NCBI GenBank assembly: GCA_028534125.1
Contig: CM052816.1
Span: 28,894,001-28,958,000, forward strand
Length of the DNA stretch: 64,000 nucleotides
Origin: Lama glama
Taxonomy: Eukaryota
Direction: 5' to 3'
The translations under genes and the position numbers were made by a program. Shown piece after piece: positions 50,815 through 63,900 of the stretch (position 1 is its first letter; the number at the start of each line of letters is the position of its first letter). The notes beneath the pieces were generated by a model. The model did no database searches and had not been told where the DNA came from. It worked only from the letters and a program-made list of their open reading frames with translations.

Positions 50815-51329
50815 TGTGGCTGGGCCAGCCCTTGTGGTTCTTATGATGATCACAGGGTGCACTTTAGCCAAAAACTATCAGGGAACTTTGAGGAACAAGA
50901 TTCATGACTCACAGATCCTGGGGGGCACACAGCATGCCTGAAGACCACACAAGGGGGAAGTTAAGGATGGTGAGAGAGGAGGTGAGAAGGTAGGGAGAGG
51001 GAGAGAGAGAAAGAGGGAGAGAATGAACCTGGGGTTCTACCTTTATTAGGGTCCAAGAATGACTGGGCCACTCATGGTTGGCTAATTTCAAACATAGGAG
51101 AAGAGCAAGGGCACAGTAGACTAGAGGGAGGGTCACTCAAGCAGTGGGTTACCTATGTTACCCAGGGTTCTCTGAAAGGAGAACTTCATGGAGTGGCTGG
51201 TCTAGTTCTTTATCTGGTGGTTTACCTAGCAGCTGTGTCATACAGTTGGCAATGTTTATTCAAGACTGAAGTCTTTTGAAATGGATGCCTTGGCAATCAA
51301 AAGCTTAGTGGCAGGCACTTAACACCACA
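50815..51329 (-). mobile_element. ERVL-type solo LTR (MER54/73/74/76-like group)
   Basis: Minus start TGTGGTG; minus AATAAA at cctttattaggg (about 51041) followed by a (TC)-rich tract typical of these LTRs. Confidence 0.6.
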
Positions 51330-51516
51330 GAGATAAAGACCAAAGGAGATACTGCTTGTGTACCTTGACGAGTATATTTCAGATATTTCTATTTCTTCAC
51401 CCATAAAATGGATATAATAATTTAAATATTGGTATAGTAGAGGATGGATGAGATTACATATGACATAATTTAGCAAAAGTTCATTGCACTGTATCTTACA
51501 GAATAGCTTAAGATTC

Positions 51517-52005
51517 AATATTAGCTTTCACCCTCGTAACAAACTATCCCAGTACTTAGCATCTTAAAACAATAGACATTCATTATCTCACAATCTCTCA
51601 TGTGGACTGCATTTGAGTTGTTGGCCAGGGCTGTAGTCAATTCACAGTTTGATAGGGCTAGAGAATCTGCTTCAAACTCAACTCATGTGGTTGTTGGCAG
51701 GCTTCAGCTCCAGGATGGCTCTTGGCCTAAACCTTCAGTTCAACATAGAACACTCTCTAAAGTTTTCACAGGACAGCTTGCTTGGAAGGACCCAGAGCGA
51801 GAGATCTAACAGTGAGTGAGAGAATCACCAAGACAGAGGTTGCAGGGTCTGATGCACATAACCTCATACGTGACATATCAGCACTTCTGCCGAATGCTAA
51901 TGGTCACACAGCCCAGTCCTCACGTACGACATGGAACACTACATGAGAATGTGACCATCAGGAGGTGAGGATCACTGAGGGCCATTGAGAAGCTGATGTG
52001 CACAA
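51517..52005 (-). mobile_element. MLT1 (F/G/H-like) MaLR LTR
   Basis: gtaacaaactatcccagtacttagcatcttaaaacaata...cacttctgccgaatgctaatggtcacacag...aggaggtgaggatcactgagggccat. Confidence 0.85.
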
Positions 52006-52024
52006 AAAATAATCATTTATATTA

Positions 52025-52200
52025 TACCTAATAGCTATGTACAACATTTATTGAGCATGTTGGTGTTTGTGCTTAAGTGTATTAATTCATTTAATGCTCA
52101 ATTAACCCTATTAGATAAGTATTATAATTTGATTTTTTCAGGTAAAAGAAAATTTTAAACATCTATTACCATTAATAAGTGGCAGGACATTATGAAATTA
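52025..52200 (-). mobile_element. MIR SINE
   Basis: aacatttattgagc...tattaattcatttaatgctcaattaaccctattagataagtattat. Confidence 0.7.
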
Positions 52201-53894
52201 ATAATCTTCTAGTTAGTGCGTCACAATGGTATGAATAAAAAAGCAAATTTTTCAAAAATGATACAGGATTTCAGAGAAGGTTGGCCTGTCTTTTATAGCT
52301 AATTCTGATTAAAAGTATGATATTTTACTAGTAAAATAAGATCCAGCTATCATTTAAGCCATTACTTAAGCCAAAGAAATTACACGTTACATGAAGTATT
52401 TTTTAAATATCTATAAATTGTGGAATATCTTATGGGTAGTATTTGTAAATGTTGTATTTATACATCCTTATCTCTACAATTAATGTTTTATATCTTTCTT
52501 TTGTCACCTGAATTGAGACATTTTCTCATATTCTTGTCTTCATTGTTATTCTTTTTAAGTTTTCATTCCTTTTTTAAAATATATAAGCCTATCCAATTAT
52601 ATAACATTCTTCCATTTCCTTATCACCTATTTTCAGTATTTTAATGGTGTAGAAAAGGCAGTAGTATTCTTTAAGAATATCCTAACTTACAGAGAGTTTT
52701 TCTTTGTGTAAAGAAAATAATTACCAGATAACAGACATTGCAAAAATCTCTATAATTCAAAGTCCTAAGTTTTTCCTTAGAATTCAATTTGTGTGCGCGC
52801 GTGTGTGTGCAGCTAAAACAAATCATTCTTTGCTAATTCACCAAAGGGTTTTTAATATGAAAATAATTTTGAAAAATAATTAAAATCTCTTTCTAAGTTT
52901 ATACCAAGAAGATGAGACCCACAGGAATTCAGAGAACCTGTGAAAGATGTAGGAATAAGAGGAACTTAAGAAATCGGATGTCACAAGCTGACCACTGCAA
53001 CCTACCACTGCTCATGTTGCTTTGCTACTGCTTTTGTTTCTTGCCATTTTGTTTCATAGTTCCTTTTCAGAACTAAAGAACTTCTCTTTGAACAATATGT
53101 AAAACTTAAGTAACAACACTTGTATTTAATTAATATTATTCTTTCCACATCTTGGTCACTCCATCTAAAACTATCAAAATTCATTTTAATATTATTTTAA
53201 TATAAACGTTAGAAACTCCTCTGTCTCCTACAATGCTTTGTTAAAGTTAAATTTCAAGAAAACTAGAAGCACAGTCCAAAGAAGGCTGATCCAAGTAATT
53301 AAGCAGAACACATTTATCCAACTGTGTTGCAAATACATGGGTCAATTATAAACATCAGTGTAAGTTTTCCTAATTTTTTACATCATCTAAATTTCCCAAG
53401 ATTAATTAAAACCACACTTATGAAATGTTCTGAAAGGCAAAGGTTTTTTGTTCTCATTTTTGTGAGCTTGGAGTAAAAATCTTAAGTCTTTGCAGTCCAT
53501 CATATATAGACAGTGAAGCTACAAGAATCTGGACTGAAACAGACTGCCTCGAATATGTTCCTAGTATTCCAAATACTGTCTGTTACTTTGAAAGTAACAT
53601 GTCAGGATTATTCCCACCAGATTGTTCAGGATGGAGGCTACTCTATTATAGTTTAGTTGCCCTATTTCACTCATCAACTTCAAAGCGTGAGGCCTAAATA
53701 AAATCCCACAGTACTTCTGCAAAACCCACTATATAAAAGAACTTGGAACACAGAACATTTAAACTTCTATGAAAGAGTTTCACGAGTATCAGTTGAGTTA
53801 TCTGAGGAATATTTATTTCATGGTCTTCTTTGGGACAGTACCTATAAGTAAATACTAAATTATATTGTCCAGATTTGAAATATTTTATAAAACA

Positions 53895-54310
53895 CTCAGT
53901 GGAATGGTAAAATGGACTAACCTTCTGGAAGACAATTTGTCCACAATATCAAGGACCTTAAATTTTTCCATTTACACCTTACCTAGTGTTAGAAATTGGT
54001 ATAGAAATAAAACTAACACTAATTCTACATAGTTTATTTTATAATAATAACTAAAATAATCTATAAACTATGACATTTCCATATCTTGGAATATTTGGGG
54101 GCATTGAAATTATGCTTCATCAGTTAATATTTAATTACTTGTTAAAATGTTCATGAAAGGGGAGAAAAAATTCATAAACAGTATATTTAAAATTTTGTTT
54201 AAAAACACTAGTGTACATTGTGTGTAAATATATAAATTTTCTGGAAGCATATATATCAAAATATCAACTGCAACTAGTTCAAGCTAGTAACATAAGTGGT
54301 TCTTACCTTA
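53895..54310 (+). mobile_element. Very old L1 (L1ME) 3' fragment
   Basis: gtggaatggtaaaatggactaaccttctggaagacaatttgtccacaatatcaa. Confidence 0.55.
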
Positions 54311-54339
54311 TTTTTTAATATTATTATTCTTTAAGTGTC

Positions 54340-54765
54340 TCCCTATCCCCCCACCCATGCTCTCCCTATTCCATACCCCCTCCCTGCCCCACGTTCTGCT
54401 GAAACAGACTTACAGTTCTTCAGATGCACCACAGTCGCCTGCTGTTCTTTGCATTAAGCACCCTTGCCATTCTTCCCCACCTGGAAAATGCCTAGGTATC
54501 CTTGCAGGCCCAGCATAAAGCATCACCTCTATGAAATCTCCCCTGCTCCATCCAAGAAAGATCATCTAACCTCTTTTGTGTCACCTGTAATTACAGCCTA
54601 CTCTCCTGTGTCACTTATTGTGCTGTATTGTTTTGGGTTTTTTTTAGTCTGCTTTACTGGAGGGTGAGCACCTTAAGGGCAGGAAAAGGAACTTTATCCA
54701 TTTTTGCATCTCCATAGCATAGTTTTTGGCATATGAACACTTCATAAATGCTTGTTGAATTAAAA
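54340..54765 (+). mobile_element. L2 LINE 3' end
   Basis: ttctccccacctggaaaatgcc...catcacctctatgaaatctccc...gagcaccttaagggcagg...taaatgcttgttgaattaa. Confidence 0.85.
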
Positions 54766-57410
54766 AAAAACTCTATTAAAATAAACATATTCTATTTTAA
54801 AAATATTAAACAATCTAGAGATCCTAGCATTTAATACTGTCTCCTTACACGCTATTATCCTTACCACCTGAAGATTTCTACCTCAAATCATCTCATCCAA
54901 TTCACTAGTAAATATGCACCAACTAAGACTCTTGATCCACTTGAGGACATCAAATGCAATATCTGCCTTCAAATCTGCGGTCATCAGCAGTCTTCTCTCT
55001 GTGTCATTTCCCCTGCATTTCTTCCCAGATAATGCTTCTTGCTCTCAGGTCTCAGGATTTCAGTATTTTTTTTTTCTATTAAATCAGCCTATCTCTAACC
55101 TTATTTCCCTCCAGTAGAAATAACAACACATTTGTTGAATCTAGTTTAATTTATCATAATTCTTTCTCCTTAGATGAATTACACTAGAAGGCCAAGTGTT
55201 TCCACATTCCTACCTTCTCCCTCTCCCTCTTTCTCTCTCTCACAGTTCATTCCATTCCATCACCATAGTGTTAGTAATCTGAGATTATGGAATCATGTAA
55301 CCCCAAATCTCAATGGAAACAGCTGTTTCCATTTCATGTATAGGCAGACACTACATTTTACAGCTAGCTAAATTGCAAGCAGCCAGATTGTGAAGCAAAC
55401 ACAAATATTCTTAATCTCTAACATTTTTATATATTTGGGTATGAAAGCCAAATTAATTATGAAAAATGAATTTTCCCAGCTTGATGTCCATTTTAAATAT
55501 AGCTATCTAGCCACATAATTAAGTAAGTTCAAGGTTGGGCTATCTACTTTTGTTACAGTAATTCAACGAAGGACAAATGTAGGAATACCATGGAAACAAG
55601 GATTTATTTAATTCTATATCCCAATCAAACCAATCTTGAATCATCTAATGTATATACACCACCTGCTGTACTGATAAGTTTCCTTCAGATACATGGAATT
55701 AATTCAATAGCTTTTCAAATGTCATTTGCCTTATCAATCCATCAGTCATTTTGGAGAGATGTAAACAGCAAATTAGTAAGCATTCCTTGGCATCATTTAT
55801 ATAGAATCTGATTCAGAAAAACTGCTCCTACCTATTCTATCTTGTGGTGATAAATTTCTAGTAAAGAAAACAACCAGTAAAATTCATTTATCACCATGGC
55901 CTTATAAAGAAAAATGGCAACCCTAGGAAAAAAGTTTATGAAGAATGTGATTTCTGTAATTACAGAGCTACGTCTAACAATGCAACCTTTGATCACCTTT
56001 CTCTACCCAAGCCTTCTAAACTGAGTTGAAAGTGATAATATCCCTCATTAAATTTTCTTGGAACTACAGTGTCATGGACCCTGATCACACACACAATTGA
56101 AATCCTGAACTATCTGGATATTAGGGACACTAAGGTGAAATAAAGATCTTCCTTTTCAGCTATTTGATTAACCTCTAGGTATCTAGGGACATGACAGTGC
56201 TGATGCAATAGAATTCTGCAACAAATCTTGTCCATTTGACAGCAGAAAGTAATTAGGCCCAAACTGGACATTATTGTCCCTTACCTCACTAAAGAAGGGG
56301 GGGGAGATTAACATGGAGTTGGAGAGAAGTGAGCTGACTCTCTATCATAAGTAACCATATACATAAAGATAACATATCAGATTACTATTAACTGTAGTGA
56401 TTTAGTGTTTTATATAACTGAATACATGTTGTCAAAAACCTTAAATAGATTAAGAAAAATTCTCAATTTCCAGACTGTAAGCCACAAATGTGTTATTTAC
56501 AAAGGTATTTCTCCATTAAACAAACATTATAAATGATGATTGAGCCCGCAGTGCATTTGAAACATGCCTATTTGAACCTCAACGTATAGACATCTATTAG
56601 AAAAAACATTCTACAAGCTATCCATCACACGTAAGCACATTTCTCTTTAGGAAGAATATAAAAAAATTTCATCTTGGACAACCAGAAGTAAATTTTTATT
56701 TATTTCCCCATCTTCCTAACCTGGTCAACACCTGAGGCCAATCAGAATGACTGCTAAGCAATGTGGCTTGCATTTTTAGGGTAATTTAAAGATGTCATTT
56801 ACCTGGACGCAGTCCAGAGGTGAGCAGTATAATGGCTGGATAGGTGGAGAGGGGAGTGAGTTGATGAGTTTGAAAGAGCTGAGACTGCTGTACCATGGAA
56901 GAGTTTCAATAGCACAGGAGAGATGAACTACTCTTTCCCATTCATTCTCTCTCTCCCTTTATCATAAGTTGGACACACACATTCAGTAGATCTCAATGGA
57001 ATATTTTAGATTCATCTATATTGCTCCATAGTATTTATAATATTATAAAAAAATTTCTGCAGTTTATCCAGAGATAAATATTAAATATTTGTTTATATGT
57101 CACTTAGTAATGATTCAATTAATGTATAATGGTTTACAGATTTGAAATGTTCTATATAAATTTTGTATTCACTCTGAGTAAATAATGAGCATTTTCCTAT
57201 GGGATATTCTCCTAATTTTAAACTGTGTATAATATTCTACAATATTTCTTTACTGGGCATTCCCCATTTGCACTTTACAACATTACTGAGCATTCTTTTG
57301 TGTACTGTCGAATTATATTGTTTTTATTTTATTTATTCTAGTTTTATTCTGATATTATATCAGAAACTTAGAAACCATGAGTCAGTGTATTTTAAAATTG
57401 TTCATATATA

Positions 57411-57470
57411 AGTGTTTCTCAGTCCTGGCTGCACACTGAAATTATCTGGGGAGCTTTTAAAAAATATTGG
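57411..57470. mobile_element. MER5A1 half element
   Basis: agtgtttctcagtcctggctgcacactgaaattatctggggagcttttaaaaaatatt. Confidence 0.75.
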
Positions 57471-57474
57471 CACA

Positions 57475-57645
57475 AATGCTCTTATGTGCTTTGGTCTTAA
57501 CATGTATCACCAACACGCATATTCAAATGGCAAAGAAGGTTCATATGGCCCTCATCTAGGTACAAAGGGACCTGGAAACGTGGTCTAAGTGTGCAGAGGA
57601 AAAAGAAGAGACATGAGCATTGATGGGCAGTAGCAAATTTCACAG
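57475..57645 (-). mobile_element. MLT1 LTR fragment
   Basis: catattcaaatggcaaagaaggttcatatggcc...acaaagggacctggaaacgtggtcta. Confidence 0.6.
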
Positions 57646-58003
57646 GCCCATCAAAGCATTTTCCTAAATAAGTACGGTTGCCTCTAGAAATAAGTTCTCA
57701 TTTCAGATGTTAAGAAAATGGTATGCTACATTGAAAGACATTTCACACTCTGAGATTACAAAAATATTCAACAATATTTTATCTAGTTGTTTCATTATTT
57801 ATATTTAAATACTGATACTCCTGGAATATATTTTTAGATGCAGTATAGATCAAACTTCACTCCAAAAAGCTCACCAATTATCCAATACCATTTGGTGATC
57901 AATATAATTTTAGCATGTGACATGCTATCTTTATCATACAATGAGAGAGAGAGAGGCTCTTAGATATCAATTTTATTTCTATACTTAATTACTGGAAAAA
58001 TTA

Positions 58004-58190
58004 CAGTTGACCCTTGAACAATGTTAATCCAAGGATTACTTACTGAAAGCCCTCTCTATTTAGGGTTCCTCCAGATCTGTGGATTCAACCAGCCCCTGAC
58101 TGTGCAGTACTGCAGTATTTACTGGCGAAAAGTATCTGCATATAAAGTTGACCCACATGGTTCAAACTCATGTTGTTCAAGGCTCTACAG
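58004..58190. mobile_element. Tigger2/MER8-like MITE with TA target duplication
   Basis: ta|cagttgacccttgaacaa ... ttgttcaaggctctacag|ta terminal inverted repeats. Confidence 0.85.
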
Positions 58191-60564
58191 TATGATTGGT
58201 ATTATTGTAGCTTGGTCATTTATTTCAATATATACCATTAAAATAACCTTTATCATATTCAATTATAAAATTGTTTCCTCTTCTGCTTATCTTCCATATA
58301 TACTTTTTATAGGTCAATTTTTTTGTCTGAGTCATATTTCTTCTGCTTGAAGAATTTCTTTGACTACTTCTTGAAGCATAGGTCAGCTGGTTATAAAGTC
58401 CCTCCACTGTTATATGTTTGTCCCCTTAGCCTCTTTTATTTTTTAATGTATTTGCTTTTGTTCACTGGGGGATGTTATTTTGTTGTATTCTTATTTTAAA
58501 CTGTAACTGAAGATATTTGTAGATTCACATACAGTTGTAATAATAACACAGAGAGAACTCTTGTATACTTTGTCCGGTTTCCCCCAATGATAACATTTTG
58601 TGAACTATAGTACAATATAACAGCGGGTTATTGACATGGAATACATTGCACTGATCTTATCCCGAATGCCTCAGTTCTGCTTGTACTCATTTGAGTGGGT
58701 GTAAGTATGTATGTGTATTAAGTTCTATAAAATTTTATCAGCTGTGTGGGTTTATGGATTTCTCTTCTATTTTTGAAAAGTATCTTTTCTGGATATAATT
58801 TACTTTAAAAAAACTCTTCAAAGGTATCACTCCATTTTCTCCTGGTTTGTCTGGTTTCTGATTAGAAGTTAGCTAGTAATCTTGAATTTTTCATCTGTAT
58901 TTAATGTTTCTTTTTTTCCCTGCCTGCCTTCAAGTTTTCCTTAATGTTTGACTTTCAACAGTTTGAACATGACATGTGTAGAGGTATGTGTGTATGTGCG
59001 TGTGTTTATGGAGAAGGATAAAATCCAAACCATGGACTTTTGAAAGGAACAGAAATTCATAAGTAGATTTAAGTTGCTCAGAGGGATAGAAAACATCAAA
59101 GCTTCCCACTGCGAGAAGACTCATTCTCTGGCCAAATTGCAAATGGGGCCTATAAAAGAGGAGGTTGTATATTTTGTAATTTGGGTTTATTTCACTTCAT
59201 TATGCTTTACTTCACATTCATCACTATCACATACCTATTCTTTAGGGGATTTCCTTTCACTTCATCATGACTACTTTTACCATAAGAGGTCTACCCTGGA
59301 GATATTGCTATTTCCTTCTTGTCTTGACAAGACTAAGCAACAGCCTATATGTAATGATATTCTTACATTCCCACTGACATTTCACAGCTGTACAAGTAGA
59401 GAGTACAATTATGGACTGATGAGTGCATTACATTGTGATTAATGTTTACTATACAAATTTATACTTGTCATTTTCATCAGATATTCAAAGTTGCATTCTA
59501 AAGCAGTTCACAGTGACTATGAATCAAAGAAATACAAAAACATTCTAGTATAAATGTTCCTAGGTCTGTAGTCAAAACAATAAAACTTAGCAATATCTGA
59601 TACCAGCGACAATTTTCAGAGAACCATAATGAAGCCCTACGTCCTAACCACCCACACTCCCATAGAGATTGCAGGAGATACTATTACACATAACACTCCT
59701 CTGGTGGGAAGAGTGATCCAATCCCTGCACCTTCATTTCCAACAAATGTCATTGTATTTAGGAGTTAGGTATTGAGTAAGATGATTCATAAGAAGCAGTG
59801 GACTGAAGAGCCAAGTGCCTGCTCCCATCAATTTTACATCTACTAAGAAGTTTCCATGAAACTATTAAGCAAATACTTAAGTATGTACATTTTAGTGATT
59901 CTGTTTCTCTGCTCTTCTATTCCAGAGCAATGACACAAACCCAGCCATTCTAACTCCCAGTATTTCCCTTCTAAAAAAATATATGATCTTTGTTCACCAA
60001 TTCCTTCCATCTGATCATCACATATATAGCGATCCCCATGTGGCAGTGGCCCAGTGGGCAGGATGGCGGAACAGTGCCTGCATCTTTCTTTTTGATGTCT
60101 GCTTTAGTATATGTTCTGTGGCTACCTATCTGCTGAAAAGGGTCTAAGAGGTATACAAATAAGCCAAGAGGAGAAATACAAAACTGCTGCCTTGGGAAGA
60201 GCCTGATGTTATAGAACAAATTCAAATGAAACATTTTAAACCCACCCACACTGCGTACAATTTCAAATATTCTTAAGAACTCGCGTTTACAAACTAGGAA
60301 AAAAACTGTTCTCCAATGTCCCATACATACTGTAAATGGAAAGAGCTCGCTAGAGAAGTGCTTTCGAACTTATCTCCTTGTTAGCAGTGCCGTACACACC
60401 TATAGGGGACTCATCTGGCTTTTAGGGCCATTTTTTGAATCATTTTCCTCCTCAGAAAGTATGCATGAAGGGTTTAAAATAGCATAATGGAAAATGCCTT
60501 TAGTTGTAATTTTGCGATAAACAGTGCAAATTACATTTGATTATTATTTTAAAACTTTTTTACA

Positions 60565-60715
60565 CATATCATTGACTCAGTTAAGTATTATAATTATCCA
60601 GTGAGGTATTAACTTTTTTAAGATATGAGAAATGAGCTCAGATTAGTCCAGCTATTTGTCCAAGTTTACATGGCTAATAAGTAGATGAAACAGGATTTAA
60701 AGTTATGTCTAATTT
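60565..60715 (-). mobile_element. MIR SINE
   Basis: ccagtgaggtatta...agatatgagaaatgagctcaga...tttgtccaagtttacatggctaataagtag. Confidence 0.75.
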
Positions 60716-60719
60716 ATAC

Positions 60720-62306
60720 TGAAAAAGACACAAATGGAAAGATATCCCACATTCATGGATTGAAAGAATTAATATTGTTAAAATATCCACACTCTCCAAA
60801 GTAACCACTAGATTCAATGTAAAACCGATTAACATTCCAATTCCAATGGCATTTTTAACAGAACTAGAAAAAACAACTTTAAAATTCATATGAAATCACA
60901 GAAGAGTCTGGAAAGCCAAAGCAATTCTAAGGAAAACAAAGCTAAAGTCATCACACTTTCTGATTTCAGAGCTAAAGTAAACAAAACAGCATAGCACTGC
61001 CATAAAGACAGACATATAGACCAATGGAAAAGAACTGAGAGATCAAGAATAAACTGACATATATACAGTCAACTAATATCTGACAAGGGAGGCAAGAATA
61101 CAGAATGGGAAAACAGTCTCTTCAATAAATGGTTCTGGGGAAACTGGTTATTTACATTCAAAAGAATGAAACTGGATCCCTATCTTACACCACTTACAAA
61201 ATTAATTTAAAATGTATTAAAAACTTAAATTTATGTTCTAGAAGATCTCCTCACAGAAAACATAAAGAAAAAGCTCCTTGACACTTACCTTGACAACAAT
61301 TTTATGGATTTAAGACTCAAACCACAAGCAACAGAAGCAAAAACAAACAAGTGGGAAAACGTCAAACTAAAAATCTTCTTCACTGCAAAGTAAACAGTTA
61401 ATAAAATGAAAAGGCAATCTATGGGATGGGAGAACATATTTGTGAACCACATATATAATAAGGCATTAATATGCAAAATACATAAGGACCTCATACAATT
61501 CAATAGTAACAAAAACAAATAATTTGATTGATAAACTGGTCAGAGTACTTAAACAGACATTTTTTCAAAGAAGATATTCAAAAAGCCAACAGACACATGA
61601 AAAGGTATTCAACATCATTAATCATCAGGGAAATGCAAATCAAAACCACTATGAGATATTACCTCACATGTATTAGAATGTCTATTATCAAAAGAACAAG
61701 AGATAAGTGCTGAAGAGAATGTGGAGAAAAGGAACCATGTATACTGTCAGTGGTAATATAAATGAGTACAGCCACTCTGGAAAACAGCATGGAAGGCCCT
61801 CAAAATATTAAAAACCACCATATGATCCAGCAATCCCACTTCTGGGTATGTATTTGAAGGAAATGAGATCCCACTATCTCAAAGAAACACCTGCATCCCT
61901 ACGTTCACTGCAGCATTACTTACGAAAACCAAGACAGAAACCACCTAAGTTGCCATCAGTGATGAACAGATATAGAGAATGTGGTAGACACACAATGTAG
62001 TATTATTCAACCATAAAAAGAAGGAAATCTTGCCATTTCTGACAACATTGATGAACCTAGAGATCATTATGCTAAGTGAAATAAGCAAGACAGAGAAAGA
62101 CAGATGCTGTATGAACTCATATGTGGAACCAAAACAAACTCATAGGAAAGAATAGATTGGTGGTTGCCTGGAGGTTGAAGGGATGGCAGGAATGAAGGTG
62201 GTCACAGGATGCAAACTTTCAGTTACGTTCTGAGGATGTAATGGTCAGCATGGTGACTATCTAACAATATTCCATCATATATTTGAGACTTGCTAAGAGT
62301 AGATCA

Positions 62307-62346
<40 letters not shown>

Positions 62347-62460
62347 TAACTACATGAGGTGACAGATGTGTTAACTAATCTTATTATGGCAATCATTCTG
62401 CAAGATAGATAAAGTCATTACATTATACATTTTGAACGTAAAAAGTGTCATTTTAATACT
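60720..62460 (+). mobile_element. 5'-truncated L1 (L1MA9-like), ORF2 3' half plus 3' UTR
   Basis: [43 protein letters not shown] is L1 ORF2; 3' UTR cagcatggtgactat...gaggtgacagatgtgttaacta. Confidence 0.93.
62308..62341. repeat. (CA)n microsatellite grown from the L1 3' UTR
   Basis: About 17 perfect CA units. Confidence 0.95.
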
Positions 62461-63284
62461 AAATATTTTTTATGTTTTGCTATTTATAAAGTTAGTATTT
62501 GAAAGAGAAAACATACATTTGTTTGGGAAAATGCATTAACTGTTGACACCCCACACATTTGGAGCCTATCCAGCAGGTAATCTGGGATGCTGGTGTGGAC
62601 TCCATACTGTGGTACTCAACCCAAGAAAGCCCCATTAGAGCTGTGGTCTCCTTCCAAGCTAGTGATAAGCACAGCCTCTTAAACCAGTAAGTCATAGCCT
62701 GAATATCATCAGCTTACCCAAATTTCAGGGTAACCAATTACCCAAATTGTAGGTCATGGTACTCCAAGTAAACAAACAGCCTCAGTAGCATAATTTAGTA
62801 AACACAAATGTAGAAAATTACAGTAAATTACACTAGTAATCTTGAATTATTTTACATAACATGCAAACTTACTGAGTGCCTCATGGGAATAAACCCCAGG
62901 AAGAGAGTCCTGATCTTCTAACGGCCAGGCTGTGACCTCTTGGGAAGAGGGGCCAAACCCTCCTTTCTGCTCTGAAGCAGGATTTCAAGCATGTTAAGAT
63001 TCTAGTGAAGCATTAGTCATTCTGTTTGACAAAGAGTAAAGCCTAGTCACAAACCCAAAGCATATAATGATTTTAAGAGTGGATGGCTTGGCAACAGAAT
63101 GACGGCAAATGATGAAAGATGAGAGTTAGAAAGTTGAGACTTGACTTAACCCAGGAACAAGGCTGGGTTGTTTACACTGTTACAAAGACTGCCCCGGAAA
63201 TTGAAGAGTGGTACTAATCTGTTAGGGGCTAAAGATGTATCATTTCTGTATGTCTGTTTTCCCCCAAAACAATCATTTCCTACC

Positions 63285-63452
63285 CAGATTAACTCAACAA
63301 CCTCCTATTCTTGCCTCCAGTCCTGTCCTGCTGTAATATATTTTCCACACTTCAGACAGTGAACTTTCTGAAATGTAAATCGGATCACATCTTTCCACTG
63401 CTTTAAAATTCATAATTGGCTCCCTGTAGCCTGGAGGATCAAGTCCACACTT
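63285..63452 (+). mobile_element. L2 LINE fragment
   Basis: cagtgaactttctgaaatgtaaatcggatcacatctttccactgctttaaaattcataattggctccc. Confidence 0.8.
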
Positions 63453-63454
63453 TA

Positions 63455-63900
63455 TTGTGTCTTAGTTTGAAACAAGTACCTGAGTGCAGTCTGGTTTTTT
63501 GGAGGTAATTCCTAGAGGCATACATAATTGAATCAAAGAAGTGAGACAGGGAAGGGAGAAAAGTCTATAAAGGGATGTGGCAGGTAACAAGCAGGTTAGC
63601 TCTGTAGACAACTGGGGCTCAGTTCCACTGCAGACACTTTGTATGTGGACATCTTAAAACTGTATAGGGACTAGGGCATTTACTCATTAACTACCACACT
63701 CATTTGCTGAGAGGGCTCCAAGACATAGCAACCCCCTTCCCAATTTGTACTGTTTGAAAGGGAGCCCTCTTCCTTGGTAGAGACAAAGATCTCAGGCACA
63801 AAAGAGAGAAGCAGATATTTCTATGATTGAAAGGCATCAATGTTCCAGACATTGTCTCATTTTTCAGCTGCAGGGTGAACTCAGGAAAGCTGAGCAGAGA
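63455..63900 (-). mobile_element. LTR33/LTR16-like ERVL LTR
   Basis: gagtgcagtctggttttttggaggtaattcctag...gaagtgagacagggaagggag...gcaggttagctctgtagacaactggggctca. Confidence 0.75.

Larger units (their letters stand above)
57000..59010 (-). mobile_element. Patchwork of old L1 fragments, including an L1MC/MD 3' end at about 58485-58750
   Basis: tgtagattcacatacagttgtaataataacacagagaga...gtttcccccaatgataacattttg; reverse L1 ORF1/ORF2 remnants on both sides. Confidence 0.65.

Noticed and set aside
53006..53072. Minus exon-like segment LKRNYETKWQETKAVAKQHEQW
   Set aside because: The acceptor is preceded by purine/AG-rich sequence and the 67-nt length shifts frame; not supportable.
59074..60324. 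122-aa plus and 117-aa minus ORFs
   Set aside because: No recognisable domains, splice structure or coding-like composition.
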